In this document: positions 22,754-33,870 of the stretch, one piece after another
Layout of the letters: every line of letters begins with the position of its first letter
Position numbering within the stretch: position 1 is the stretch's first letter
DNA from: Histomonas meleagridis 2922-C6/04-290x
Lineage: Eukaryota > Protista > Parabasalia
Direction: 5' to 3'
DNA length: 64,000 nucleotides
NCBI GenBank assembly: GCA_020184695.1
Contig: JAANOX010000111.1
Coordinates: forward strand, 62,001-126,000
Position numbers and translations under genes: made by a program
The notes under the pieces: model-generated
The model's database searches: none
What the model was told of the DNA's origin: nothing
The model's input: the letters and a program-made list of their open reading frames with translations, nothing else

Positions 22754-23189
22754 TTGAAGCCACTTTTTCTTTAGGACTTCTAAAGATGAGAAAGGTGATA
22801 CATAAAGTATTGAAAATAAAATGTGGATAACGGCTTACCAAAGAAATACTCGTATTTACTAAGTAAATTACTCATTAATCATCAATTATTGTATTTAAAA
22901 TACCATACTTTCATTATTACGTAATATGTTTACGCTTGTCCTATTTTTTATACATAAAATTAATGCTGACGTTATTTTATAACAGGATGTCTTTCACTCG
23001 AGATATTGCGCTTTTATGTAATCAATTCAAAATGGTGCCGGCATAATTTAAAAGCACTTTTTTGTCATTTGACTTCATCTCATCTCAAATCAATCTGGTA
23101 TTCTGTGAATAAGATTTTATCTGATAGAAATTCCTTTGAAATACATTCAAGAATTTGAATACCAAAACATGTGCATGGCTTTGTTGCGT

Positions 23190-23700
23190 CGGAGCTTCAA
23201 TGAAAGAAAAGGAAAAAAATACAAATGAATGAGAAACTTTAAAAATAATTGAACAAATGTTCATTATTCGAATCATATGAAATAGCAATAAGATATCATT
23301 GAAATGATATCTTTAAATATATTTATGAAAATGAGATCATTAAACTTAATAATAATTTAGAAGAATATGGAAAGAAATGTGTTTTATATAATAATTATGA
23401 AATTTTGTCATATTTGCAACATGAAGGTTTGGAAATTAATGCTTCGATATATAGATGAAATCGTAAGAATCGGAAAGATATTCCTTCTTAAACATTTTCT
23501 TATAGAAAATCAAATTCTCAAAAATTATTTGTTTTTGTCTGCTGAATCAGGAAATGTCGATATTATTAAAAATATTTTTGTACAAGAAGGAATCGATATT
23601 ATAAAAAAGATATTTATTTTTCATTCTTAAAACTTACTAAAATAATTTGATGTTTTTGAATAATATTTGGAATTTATTTATATAATATAATACACTATCT
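23190..23700 (+). pseudogene. Degenerate DUF3447/ankyrin family fragment
   Basis: Remnant SYEIAIRYH*NDIFKYIYEN and LFLSAESGNVDIIKNIFVQEGIDIIKKI, with stops and frameshifts. It is followed by a spacer of exactly 80 nt (23612-23691) of the same family as at 3.2-4.5 kb. Confidence 0.7.
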
Positions 23701-24007
23701 AGAATAGAACATTCAAAAGTGGTAGAAAAAAATCTTTTGATCGAAATGACAGTTACGTAACTGTAACTGATACAGAAAAAGGGTTTTAACATCGATATTT
23801 ATTTGTTCGAAAATTTATGGAGAATAATGAATTTTTGTTGATATTTAATTATTATAATAATTTAATGGAATCCAAAATTCTTTTCAAATAAAAATTATCT
23901 AAATATTTACTCTAAGCAATAAAGTTATTTCTATAAAAATTATGAAAAAGCATACGAAGCGCTTTAAAATTAATAATTGTTTAACTAGAATAATAATTCG
24001 TTGTATA

Positions 24008-24361
24008 TTATTTTTCTTGGCGCATTTTCTCATACATTTCTGGATACACTGTATCATCCATTCCTAATAATCTTTTGATAGCAAATGGAATTGGGTTTTT
24101 GTAAACATAAGCCCATACGAAAGCAACAATTCCAATAATAATTCCAATAACCAGAATATCATAAACGATTGATGATTTTCTTGTTTCGTATAATGGTTTT
24201 GTTCTTTCATATTGTTCATCAACTTTGCTTATTGTTTCATCAGTTTGTATTTCCATCTTATTAGCATGGTTCTCACTAATTACTGGTTTTTCTTCTTGTT
24301 GAGCTTTTGGCTCAGATTCTTCTTTGATTGGTGTGTTTGACTTCATTCCAAATTTTTTCAT
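24008..24361 (-). CDS. Small single-pass membrane protein, unknown function
   Basis: 117-aa ORF with an acidic N-half and a hydrophobic segment ILVIGIIIGIVAFVWAYVY. The 5' end is uncertain. Confidence 0.55.
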   Translation of the reverse strand: MKKFGMKSNTPIKEESEPKAQQEEKPVISENHANKMEIQTDETISKVDEQYERTKPLYETRKSSIVYDILVIGIIIGIVAFVWAYVYKNPIPFAIKRLLGMDDTVYPEMYEKMRQEK

Positions 24362-24780
24362 ATCACATGTCGGTGTATTTTCATTATCATTACAAATTTG
24401 CCTGAAGCAAGAAATTCAAGTGAAAACACAAATCAATTTTTAAGCCAGAATTTTTAGAAAACATGTATTATGATCAATAATATAAATTGTTTTTCAATAA
24501 CATTCTTGTATGTGATATTAACAAAAGCTTAGCTCCAAACGACTTATAACAAGTGCTTGCAGCTGTAGTGAGCTATTATTTAATATTTGGCAAAATATGT
24601 GATTCTACTAAAGATTCTTTCATATTGTGTTCAAACAATATTTATGAAGAATTTCACTGATTGCAGCCACTGAATCAAGATGAACTTCATATTAAAATTA
24701 TTGAAAAATATTTTTTTTTCTTTTAAAACAAAATACAAAAAAGTTTTTAACAATAAAAAAAATACAAAGAAATGAAATAA

Positions 24781-25212
24781 CTAGATGTCGTCATATGGTG
24801 CAAGATCATAAAGCTCAAAAAATTCAACAAATTTATCAAAACCTGAAATTCCAGGCAACTTAACCAAATTTGCAAAATATTTCTGTAGCTGACTAGACCT
24901 ATCTTCTAAGAATGATGTCTCTTTGCTGTTTATGATTTTTTTTGGTGGAAAAGGAAGAAGATATGGAGATGAATTAAATTTCTCTCTTATTTGTGAATCA
25001 ATAGAATTTAGTGCTGAATACCTTCTTCTAATTTTTTTGGTGTAAACTAATTGATTTTTTTCGACTCCAATTTCAATAGTATATATTACTGCATTTAACT
25101 TCGGATCTAATTCATAATCCTCTATTGATATATACATTGGTGGGAGTGTGTTTGATCCACGTAGCATAGTGCTTTTCTTTGTTGGTATTTTGGAAACAGG
25201 AATTCCTTCCAT
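24781..25212 (-). CDS. PX (phox homology) domain protein
   Basis: VIYTIEI...IRRRYSALNSIDSQIREKF...LPFPPKK...FLEDRSSQLQKYFANLV. First ATG at 25212. Confidence 0.85.
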   Translation of the reverse strand: MEGIPVSKIPTKKSTMLRGSNTLPPMYISIEDYELDPKLNAVIYTIEIGVEKNQLVYTKKIRRRYSALNSIDSQIREKFNSSPYLLPFPPKKIINSKETSFLEDRSSQLQKYFANLVKLPGISGFDKFVEFFELYDLAPYDDI

Positions 25213-25683
25213 TCCAAAATTGTACACAAATTGGGGTGCCCCGTATTTTCAAAACAACCGCCGGAAATGTGAGGAGATGCATAAAATGTGTCCTTCCGCT
25301 AATAAGGAATTATTATATAGTAATTTTATCATAACGCTGAGAAACACTAAGTTATGGTAATGTACATTTTAAAAAATAAAATATTCTTTATATTATTTTA
25401 ATACAGAATGTTGAATTCGAAATTGATAAAAAGAATAATCATGAAATAATTCCAAAATATAAATGTTGGTAATGCTGCCTAAGTCATTATATTGTGCATA
25501 TGATAAAATCTTGGTTTTAAGATATTGATTATAAATCCATTAATAAATTCCTAAATCTTTACATATGCTGACAATACAGCTTGACATTTGTATCTGCATG
25601 TATTCTTATTGATATCTGAGAAATTTCATTGTTATTGGAATAATCGTTTTTTACTGCCTAAATAACCGTAAAAGGCACAAGGA

Positions 25684-27924
25684 ATGACAGCAGACTTCAG
25701 GGAGAATTTTGATGCTTTTTGTCGAATGTTTAATGATGAAAAAAGCTTCATTCTTCCGTATCTTTCTGTTAACTCAAAAGCAGCTTCAGAAATGCAGGAG
25801 AATGGTAAACATTTAATAGAAAAATTATGGTTACTTTCTCGACTATATTATCTCACGCAATCAAAAAAATGTTTTACACTTGATCAATTGACTCTTCCTC
25901 TTCGTGAGTTTAAGCCATTAACGGTAGCAGCAGCACTCAGATTATTTAATCGCCCAAACTATAAAGATAGGTTTGCTTTATTGATCAACTTCCTTGTCAG
26001 TAATCCCGAAATATTTGCTCAAATTACTTATTTTTTAATGATTAAAACAGAGCCAATCAAAAGTATCAAAGATGAAAATACAGTGTATCAAATGACTCAA
26101 GAAGATATTCAATTCTTTAGCTTCTCTACCTTTCCATCTATGTTTCTTTATTTCCTTACAGATGATGATCAACTTCATGCAATTCAATACATCACATCTC
26201 TCTTCAAATTACACTTCTATATACACACATATAGATTTGGAAAGCCTCACGCATTTCTCAAGGACATAGTCTTCAGTTATTTTGTTTCTACAAATCCCGG
26301 AACATTTTTCTTAAATGCAATCAACCCTGTAATTTCAAGATTTTTTACTTATTCTGAAAGCCATACATTAAAATATGTTAAAAGAGATAATCATCTTGAG
26401 AGATATAAATATTGGGTTCAAGTATCTCAATTTTGTCAAACAATTATTCAAAGAATGATAAGTGCCATTCCACTACTTCCTATGGCAGCACGTCGTCTTG
26501 CCACAGCTCTTATTGAACTTGAACCTTCATACAATGATTTCAAATACATATTTATTATTGAAAGTTTCATTTGTAGGTATATATCATCTTACATAGATGC
26601 CCAAGATCCACTTCTTATAAAGGATGCCATGCTTTATCTTCTTTGTTGTTGCCCAATGGAGAATCCAACCAAAGCGCACATCAAAGACGTAATTGAATCG
26701 AATCCGATCGACTTCCAGCCGTTATTTGACGCTATCGTACTCAAGAAGACGGTTACAAACGGTCTCACAGATGCTCTCAATATCGCGGGCAGATTTACTT
26801 TAGTAACACCACGTGATCTCACATTACTTATACGTGGCGTACAACATTTTCAAGAATATGTTGAGCCTTCTTCTCAAAATGTGTTAGCTAATATGTTAAA
26901 TGGAATTGAAGAGCCAAAAGATTCGTCTAATGATACTACGCCTTTTTACTTGCGAGTATTACCAAGTGATTCTTCACTTGAAAAGGTTCAACTTAAGTCC
27001 ATGCAACCATATGAAGAAATTATTGATCTTGTAAATCTTATCGATTTAAGTAAATGTTCATACGATTCTCCAGAAGAACTTCGTCAAATCTTAATCCTTA
27101 ACTGTTCCTTGTTTATTAAACCGCTTACACTTCATAAGATGTCAATTGAAGCCTTAACAAATTCATCACAAATTCTTCCAAACGCTGTCAACAATCGCAA
27201 GACATTATCAGTTCTTTCCGAGCGCCTTTCCACAGCCTTATTTGTTGTTAGTAATGAGACCAATTCATGTCAATTACAATTAAAAAATTTAATTGAAATC
27301 ATCACCAAGCAAAAAATCATTCCTTCATTAATCGATGAGTATCCCTATGAGTTTATCTACAACTACGACGACATTTTCTCACCATTAGCATCATATACAC
27401 GATTAATTGAAACCGCCGCCAAACGAATTGAGTCCCTAAATCTTATGGAAGAGAACCAAACAGTTCTCAAGAAAAGCTTTTTCATGGATTTTGTTGACCA
27501 AATTGATATTGCATTTTCATTCCAATCGAAAGTCAAAACAGATCGCATCCCGAAAGTACTGTCAGAGTTTTGTCAGAATTATTCCAAGTCAATAAACCAA
27601 CTGAACCAACATCGGCAGGAAATAATCGGGAAAGCTGCGATCGAATTGCAATACGTCAAAAAAAGTCATCGAATTAGTTATAACTTAAAGACAACTTTAA
27701 GGGCGTTGAAGTCGCTGTCGATATTCGATGAGGAGATGATCGAAATAGTAATCGCAATTTCGGGAAATGACCAAATTTTCGCATTCGTTTATTTCCTGAA
27801 TTCGTATTTGAAGGACAAAAGAATCAAAGACGTGCTGATGAACGAGCAGGAGCAGGAGATGATAGAGAGGCTGAGAAAGGCAACGCAGAAATTGCATGCG
27901 CTGGCGGTCGAGAAAAAGAAATGA
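25684..27924 (+). CDS. Hypothetical 746-aa helical protein (weak RasGAP-like resemblance)
   Basis: Long clean ORF. The segments IPLLPMAARRL and FIIESFICRYI loosely recall RasGAP folds; no firm signature. Confidence 0.6.
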   Translation: MTADFRENFDAFCRMFNDEKSFILPYLSVNSKAASEMQENGKHLIEKLWLLSRLYYLTQSKKCFTLDQLTLPLREFKPLTVAAALRLFNRPNYKDRFALLINFLVSNPEIFAQITYFLMIKTEPIKSIKDENTVYQMTQEDIQFFSFSTFPSMFLYFLTDDDQLHAIQYITSLFKLHFYIHTYRFGKPHAFLKDIVFSYFVSTNPGTFFLNAINPVISRFFTYSESHTLKYVKRDNHLERYKYWVQVSQFCQTIIQRMISAIPLLPMAARRLATALIELEPSYNDFKYIFIIESFICRYISSYIDAQDPLLIKDAMLYLLCCCPMENPTKAHIKDVIESNPIDFQPLFDAIVLKKTVTNGLTDALNIAGRFTLVTPRDLTLLIRGVQHFQEYVEPSSQNVLANMLNGIEEPKDSSNDTTPFYLRVLPSDSSLEKVQLKSMQPYEEIIDLVNLIDLSKCSYDSPEELRQILILNCSLFIKPLTLHKMSIEALTNSSQILPNAVNNRKTLSVLSERLSTALFVVSNETNSCQLQLKNLIEIITKQKIIPSLIDEYPYEFIYNYDDIFSPLASYTRLIETAAKRIESLNLMEENQTVLKKSFFMDFVDQIDIAFSFQSKVKTDRIPKVLSEFCQNYSKSINQLNQHRQEIIGKAAIELQYVKKSHRISYNLKTTLRALKSLSIFDEEMIEIVIAISGNDQIFAFVYFLNSYLKDKRIKDVLMNEQEQEMIERLRKATQKLHALAVEKKK

Positions 27925-27978
27925 AAATAAAAATCTGTTTTGGAAAATATTTTGTGTTATAATATGTTTTAATAATTT

Positions 27979-28067
27979 GAAACAGCACTTCATATAGCAG
28001 TTGGAAATAATAATATCGAAATAGTAAAATTACTTTTAGATAATGGAATTGATGTTAATGCAAAAAA
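27979..28067 (+). other. Solo ankyrin module flanked by spacer-like sequence
   Basis: ETALHIAVGNNNIEIVKLLLDNGIDVNAKN, 55 nt downstream of the stop of the previous gene. It has no ATG of its own and is preceded by TTTGGAAAATATTT...AATAATTT, resembling the spacer 3' end. Confidence 0.7.
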
Positions 28068-28859
28068 TATTCATTTGAATAATTTGGAATATGTTTTAAT
28101 AAATTGGGACAGAGTTTCATATTGCAATACATAATAATATAGAAATAATAAATTACTTTTAGAAAATAATTGTTTGTAATCATATGGGACAAATTCCAAA
28201 TGAATTCCTTTGAAACCAATTGGATAAAACAAAATATATTAATATGAAACATCGTATAAATAAACACATAACTGTATTTAATATAAAGAAGGCGAAAAGT
28301 CAAAAAGGAAACCCACAGATTTCGTAAATATTCTCTAGAAGGTGAGACACTTTACTAGCCCCCAATCAAAGCTTTGAATAATTCTCTGAGTTCCCTGAAG
28401 GTTTTTCGTTATAAGCTAAAATCTCGTTTTGCATTATATGCAATGTTTCTCATATATCTATTAGGTTGCAACCAAAGTACAATTAAATGAAAAATATTCA
28501 TTGCTTCTACGATGCCTCAAAGAGAAAAAAGTAGAATGTTGTTCATTACAAAAGCTTGATATTTTGTTTCCCAGATACATCATTATTGATCTCTGATTCA
28601 AAGAAAATTTCACAAAACAATTGTTTAATCCAAAAAATAAAGTTATTCATGAAATAGAATTTAACGTTTTTCTTATCCTTTCTCTTTTTTTGTACATTTC
28701 AAGAAAACATCTTTGTAACAAAAAGTTATTATCAATCATGTTCAACAAAAAAATTGATAAGAGAATTATATATCCAATTCGTTTTTTTTTAATATTTATT
28801 ATTCATTCATGCTAAAGTTTTAGTAGAGTTACTCTTATTTGTTTTCATTGTTTTTTTCT

Positions 28860-30476
28860 TAATGTGTATAACAAATTATTTAAATAAATTCCAAATTCTT
28901 TTATAAGATTTCAAGTTATTTATAAAAAAAAAAATTAAATATAATAAACAATCAGTTATAGCATTACAATCAATATCTGGTTTCTCAAGAAGTAAATTCA
29001 TTACATCTATATTATTATATTTAGATGCTAAAATAAGCGCTGTTTTAAATATTACATTGAATTTCCATAGATTTATTTGAAATGGTATTTTATTAAAGTA
29101 AACTCCTAACAAAATAATACAATATCTTTTACATTAACATCTACCTTTTTTTTTTAAGAATTAGTTTAACAACTTCTCTATGCCCATTTTGAGATGCATA
29201 CATAAGAGCAGTAAAAAATGAGATAAACAATTTTTAAAATTTGTTTTGAAATATTATAATAAAAATGAAGAAATATTTAAATGCAATATATAAATATCTT
29301 GAGCATTAATATCAATTTCTTCTTGTTCAAGAAGTAATTTTACTACTTCTGTAAAGCCTTTTTCAGCTGCTAGAATAAGTGCTGTTGCAAACATATTATT
29401 TAATTTCCAAAAAATATCTTCAAATATCAAAATATTTAAATAAATTTCATCCAAAATAAATAAATATCTTTGTAATTAATATCAATTCCTCCATGTTCAA
29501 GAAATAATTTTACTAATTCAGTATTGCCATTTAAAGATGCATGTACAAGTGGTGTACGCAATTAAATAAACAAATATTAAATAAGATTTAGAAATATAAA
29601 ATCTTCAAAACATATAACAAATAAAATAAATAAATATCTTTAAAGCTTACATTAATTTCTTTTTGCTCAAGAAGTAATTTTACGACTTCCATGTGGTTGT
29701 ATTTAGATGCCAAAATAAGTGGTGTATTAAATATTTAGAACAATTTATAAGTTTTGAATTGATTTTATGAAGTTGTTATTAAAATTTTAAATAGAGCAAG
29801 TAATCATTTTTAACATTAATATCAATACCTCCTTGTGCAAGAAGTAATTTAACTATTTCTGTATGACCATTATCAGATGCTAAAATAAGTGCTGTATTAA
29901 ATAATTTAATATAATGCAAAGTATTATTTTGAATTATCAAGTAATAGAAAAAAATATTAAAAAAAAGTAAATCAAAATCTTGGGCATTAACATCAATTCC
30001 CTTTTGTTTAAGAAGTAATTTTACTGTTTCTGTATGAGCATTTTTAGAAGCCAAAATAAGCGCTAATTGAAATATTTTAAATAATTATCAAATATCATTT
30101 TAAAACAAAAAATTATTGAAACAAATTTTTAAATAAAAGAAATATTTATCTTTAGAGAAATCAAATTCTTTTTGATCAAGAATTGTTTCTACTATTTCAG
30201 CATGACCATTTTGAGATGCCAAGATAAGTGGTGTATAAAATAGTTTAGAAAATTTCCAAGTTTTATTTGAAAACTTTGATTTGTTGAAATTAACATCGAA
30301 AACATTTAATAAATATTTTTGATATTGACATCAATATTTTTTTGTTCCAAAAGAAACTTTATTATATCCAAATAACCTTTTTCAGCAGCATTTAAAAATA
30401 TTTTTTTAAATATTTTTTGAAAATTCCAAATGTTTTGTTGGATTTTCCTATACTATAAACAAATTTTTAATCAATT
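28860..30476 (-). repeat. Second array: 9 ankyrin modules alternating with ~80-nt AT-rich spacers
   Basis: Thr-equivalent codons start at 30404, 30234, 30066, 29895, 29725, 29555, 29385, 29212 and 29043. Spacer lengths are 80,80,81,81,80,80,80,83,80 nt. Spacers are much more diverged than in array 1. Confidence 0.88.
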
Positions 30477-31695
30477 TAATTAACAGTTTTACTATTATAA
30501 TTTATATATATATTATTAATAAGGTAAATAAAAAGTTCTTTGTTTCCAGAAAATGTCGTGATATCCGAAAACTTTATTCTGATTGGATTTTTTGCAAGTA
30601 AATATTGCATCATAAACATGTTCCCCATTTCTATTGATTCAATGAAAATAGGTTTATCGATTTTCATTCCATTTTCTTGTAAAAATATAAAAATTTCATA
30701 ATTATTATGTGAAACACATAATTTCCCTAAATTTTCTAAATTCTCAATTATTTTAATTTTATTTTCATAAAAATATTTAAAGATATCATTTCGATGAAAT
30801 TCAATTGCTGTTTCATATGCACATTCAAATGCCGAATGATTTTGCTCACATAAATGAATGATTTCTTCATTTCCACCCGCAACCGCATATTTACCTGTAT
30901 CTTCAATGTTTGCTCCATTCATAAGTAAATATTTAAAGCATTTAATTGATCCAAAAAACGCTGCATAATCAATTAATGTAACATTTTCTTTATTAATAAA
31001 TGAACATCTTTCATAAAGTGATGGTTCAATTTTTTGATTAAAATTAAAATTTGTTTGTGTTGATATTTCTTGAAGTTTTTCTATTTCATCATTTCGAATT
31101 ATTTTCGCAATATTATTTGGATTATGTCCTTCTTTAATTAATTTCTTATGAAGTTCCCAATCATTCTTTGATAATTCGTTTATGTTTGCAAAAAAGATAT
31201 TTCCAAATGGAGCTTTATTTTTCAATGAATTTATGTTTTCCTTGGTGAGATAATGTGAAAAATAAAATGTTGTTTTGTTTTGTGTAATTTTCTTATTAAT
31301 GTTTTGACAAATAATTGGATCAACCATTTCGTTTTCAATCATTACTTCAAAGAGATATTTTGATTCATTTGTATTTTTATATATAAGAAATTGAGTTAAC
31401 ATATTAAAAATATTTTGTTGTTGTTTCTGAATTTGCCTTTCTTTCTGTTCAAGATCTTTTAAAAAATCAAAGAATATCTTATCAAACCCTTTAGATATAA
31501 AATACGAATATGCTAATTTGCAGATGATTAAATTAAATGAATACGAGAATTCTTTAGTAAAGTAACCCATTAAAGTTTCAATTGAAACATCTCACCAATA
31601 TTTTCGTTATTTAATTTAAAAATAATATGTTCAATAGACTTTAATATTTGTAGGTTTTCCAAATATTTAGTAATTTGGCTCTGGTTACCTCCCAT
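30476..31695 (-). CDS. DUF3447/ankyrin-repeat family protein 2, N-terminal part (probable true start at 31695, 1-nt frameshift near 31575)
   Basis: ORF 30476-31570 is paralogous to 2092-3201 (IIRNDEIEKLQE, LIDYAAFFGSIKCFKYLLMNGA). An upstream frame from ATG 31695 reads MGGNQSQITKYLENLQILKSIEHIIFKLNNENI, matching the paralog's N-terminus (LEEIIFGLSEDNI), but is offset by 125 nt. Confidence 0.8.
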
Positions 31696-32381
31696 AAAAA
31701 ATGGAAAAATAGAGTGATCAAAATTTACCCATTTTTCCCTTTCAAAAAATTAGTGCTTTGCTTTACCAAAATTGAATAAAAATAAATTTAATACACCACT
31801 TTTTTTTTATTATTTGTACCTCAATTTTTATTGCCCTATTATAATAGGTGTGCTTTTGATGAGCGATTATTTTTTGCATTTGTTTTTCCCAAAAATGAAA
31901 AATTATTAATTTATTTGAAAAACTCTATCGGAGCGGTTATTACCGTGATCACAAAAAGTTGTTATCATATAAAAGTGGCTTTTGTTTGGAACGATAGAAT
32001 ACTGGGAATTTGTTTGGTTTATTATTTAAAAATAGCACTTTTGTGTTTCTGAAGGAATTGTGATATGAAAAATGATCGTAGCCGTATGGAAAGAAAATTT
32101 TGAAAATGGAAATATGGCACGATTGCCCCCGGTTGAAAGAGTCTAATTTAATTTTGTGAAAATTTTATTTCAGGTTTAATCTTGTTAAATTATTTATACA
32201 AAAAGACATTTTCATTTTAAGTTTTAGCGTCAAATAAAATTTTTAAGAGTTTATGTATGTAAATTATTCAATATTGTGATAGAATCTGACCAAGTTTTTG
32301 ATAGGTTTTTCTTTCAAAAAACTTATCACTTCTTCTCTTGTAATTCCTTCTTAAATTTGAAACTTCGCATTATATTATTTT

Positions 32382-33482
32382 TTATTCATTTTTATTTCTT
32401 CTACAAAGGCGAGGATATAATAAATCTGGGAAATAATAATGTACAGTATCATCATTAATTCCAAAAATTTTTTGGCATCTTTCAATAGTCTGGTTAATTC
32501 CTCCATCAGCATGATGATGTAAGAAGATAATTTTATTAGCAGGACCATTAAATATACCGCAATGTCTCAAGTTGGTTGGATTTTTTTCTTTTGGACAAGG
32601 ACTTAAGTCATGAAAGTCGCCTTTATATATTCTATCCAAGTCAGCTTTACCAAAAGAATGACCTAAAAAGTTAAACGACGTCGCATCGACAATCGTTAGA
32701 TTTAATCCAAAGATAAAATCGTCATGACAGATATCTTCAGCACTTCTACACTTATATATAACGTCTTTATACATCGGAAGCATCAATTCAACAGCTTTCC
32801 TTGAATAAAGATAACCTGCACCACCTTGAAGATATCCAGGAGTATAATATTTCTTAATGCAACAACCTAAAATGATAGGTTGAGTAAGTGGATCATATTT
32901 GTTTTCTAATGATTGATAAAATGATTCCAAAAGTTTTATATTTATACCATTATCATCGGTGGCCCGATGAAGCCACCGATAATTTGTTTCGTAATAAAAA
33001 TATGAAAGACCAAAATAGGTCTTTCGAAAAATATCAATACTTTTGAAGTCATACTCCCCATACGGTCTGACATTGGCTACAACTTTATCATAGAAATCGG
33101 GCGCTTTGAGGTGTAAAATGTCCTCTCTGTTTTCTTGTGTTGTCTTATTGAAATCTTTCCATTCAAGATATAAAGCTTTGTAACCAGGCATCTGATTTAA
33201 ATCGTTGACAAAATAACGCGACATGCTTATAGGGTTTTTACTTTTTGGTACTGTAATAATGAGAAACATCATCTTATTTATGATTTTATTGTCATCTGTT
33301 GTTTTATTTGGAAGGCCACTTGGAATGTTGTTTGCTAAGACGTTGGTATTAAATCGAATTCCTTGAGATATTGTTTTGAGATTTAAAAAAGCAATCAGAT
33401 ATAAAATTGTAAATCCTACCAATAATACGACCTGAATACAGGAGTGATTTCCACTTTGGTTTTCTTTGACATTTTGTGACAT
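32382..33482 (-). CDS. GT31/Fringe-like beta-1,3-glycosyltransferase (type II membrane)
   Basis: N-terminal TM IQVVLLVGFTILYLIAFL; WLHRATDD, YLQGGAGYLYSRKAV and AEDI motifs. Confidence 0.75.
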   Translation of the reverse strand: MSQNVKENQSGNHSCIQVVLLVGFTILYLIAFLNLKTISQGIRFNTNVLANNIPSGLPNKTTDDNKIINKMMFLIITVPKSKNPISMSRYFVNDLNQMPGYKALYLEWKDFNKTTQENREDILHLKAPDFYDKVVANVRPYGEYDFKSIDIFRKTYFGLSYFYYETNYRWLHRATDDNGINIKLLESFYQSLENKYDPLTQPIILGCCIKKYYTPGYLQGGAGYLYSRKAVELMLPMYKDVIYKCRSAEDICHDDFIFGLNLTIVDATSFNFLGHSFGKADLDRIYKGDFHDLSPCPKEKNPTNLRHCGIFNGPANKIIFLHHHADGGINQTIERCQKIFGINDDTVHYYFPDLLYPRLCRRNKNE

Positions 33483-33870
33483 CTATGTGGGGTTGGAAGC
33501 AATTTAGTTCTGCCTCGCAAAGGAATTAACGTTCAAATAACGGTCGCGTATGCGTTTCTGTGGCGAATTTACATCAAAATTGAAAAAATTTTATGTGTAA
33601 GCATCATAATTGTTGGAACGATTATAAAAGACTTTGATTGGAACTTCCAATCATTGGAAGTTCAAATTAAAGGTAATTTTTATTGAGCATTAATAAAATC
33701 GTTATCAGATATATTAGAATGATTTGTTTTCCTCCATAAAGAAAAAAATCAACAATACTTTACACCAAATTTATTGGGATAAATTTTTATTTTCAAGAGT
33801 AATCAAAAACAAACAAAAGGTTTTTTCAATATTCTCATAAAAGAAAAAAAGAAAACCTGATAATTAAAAA

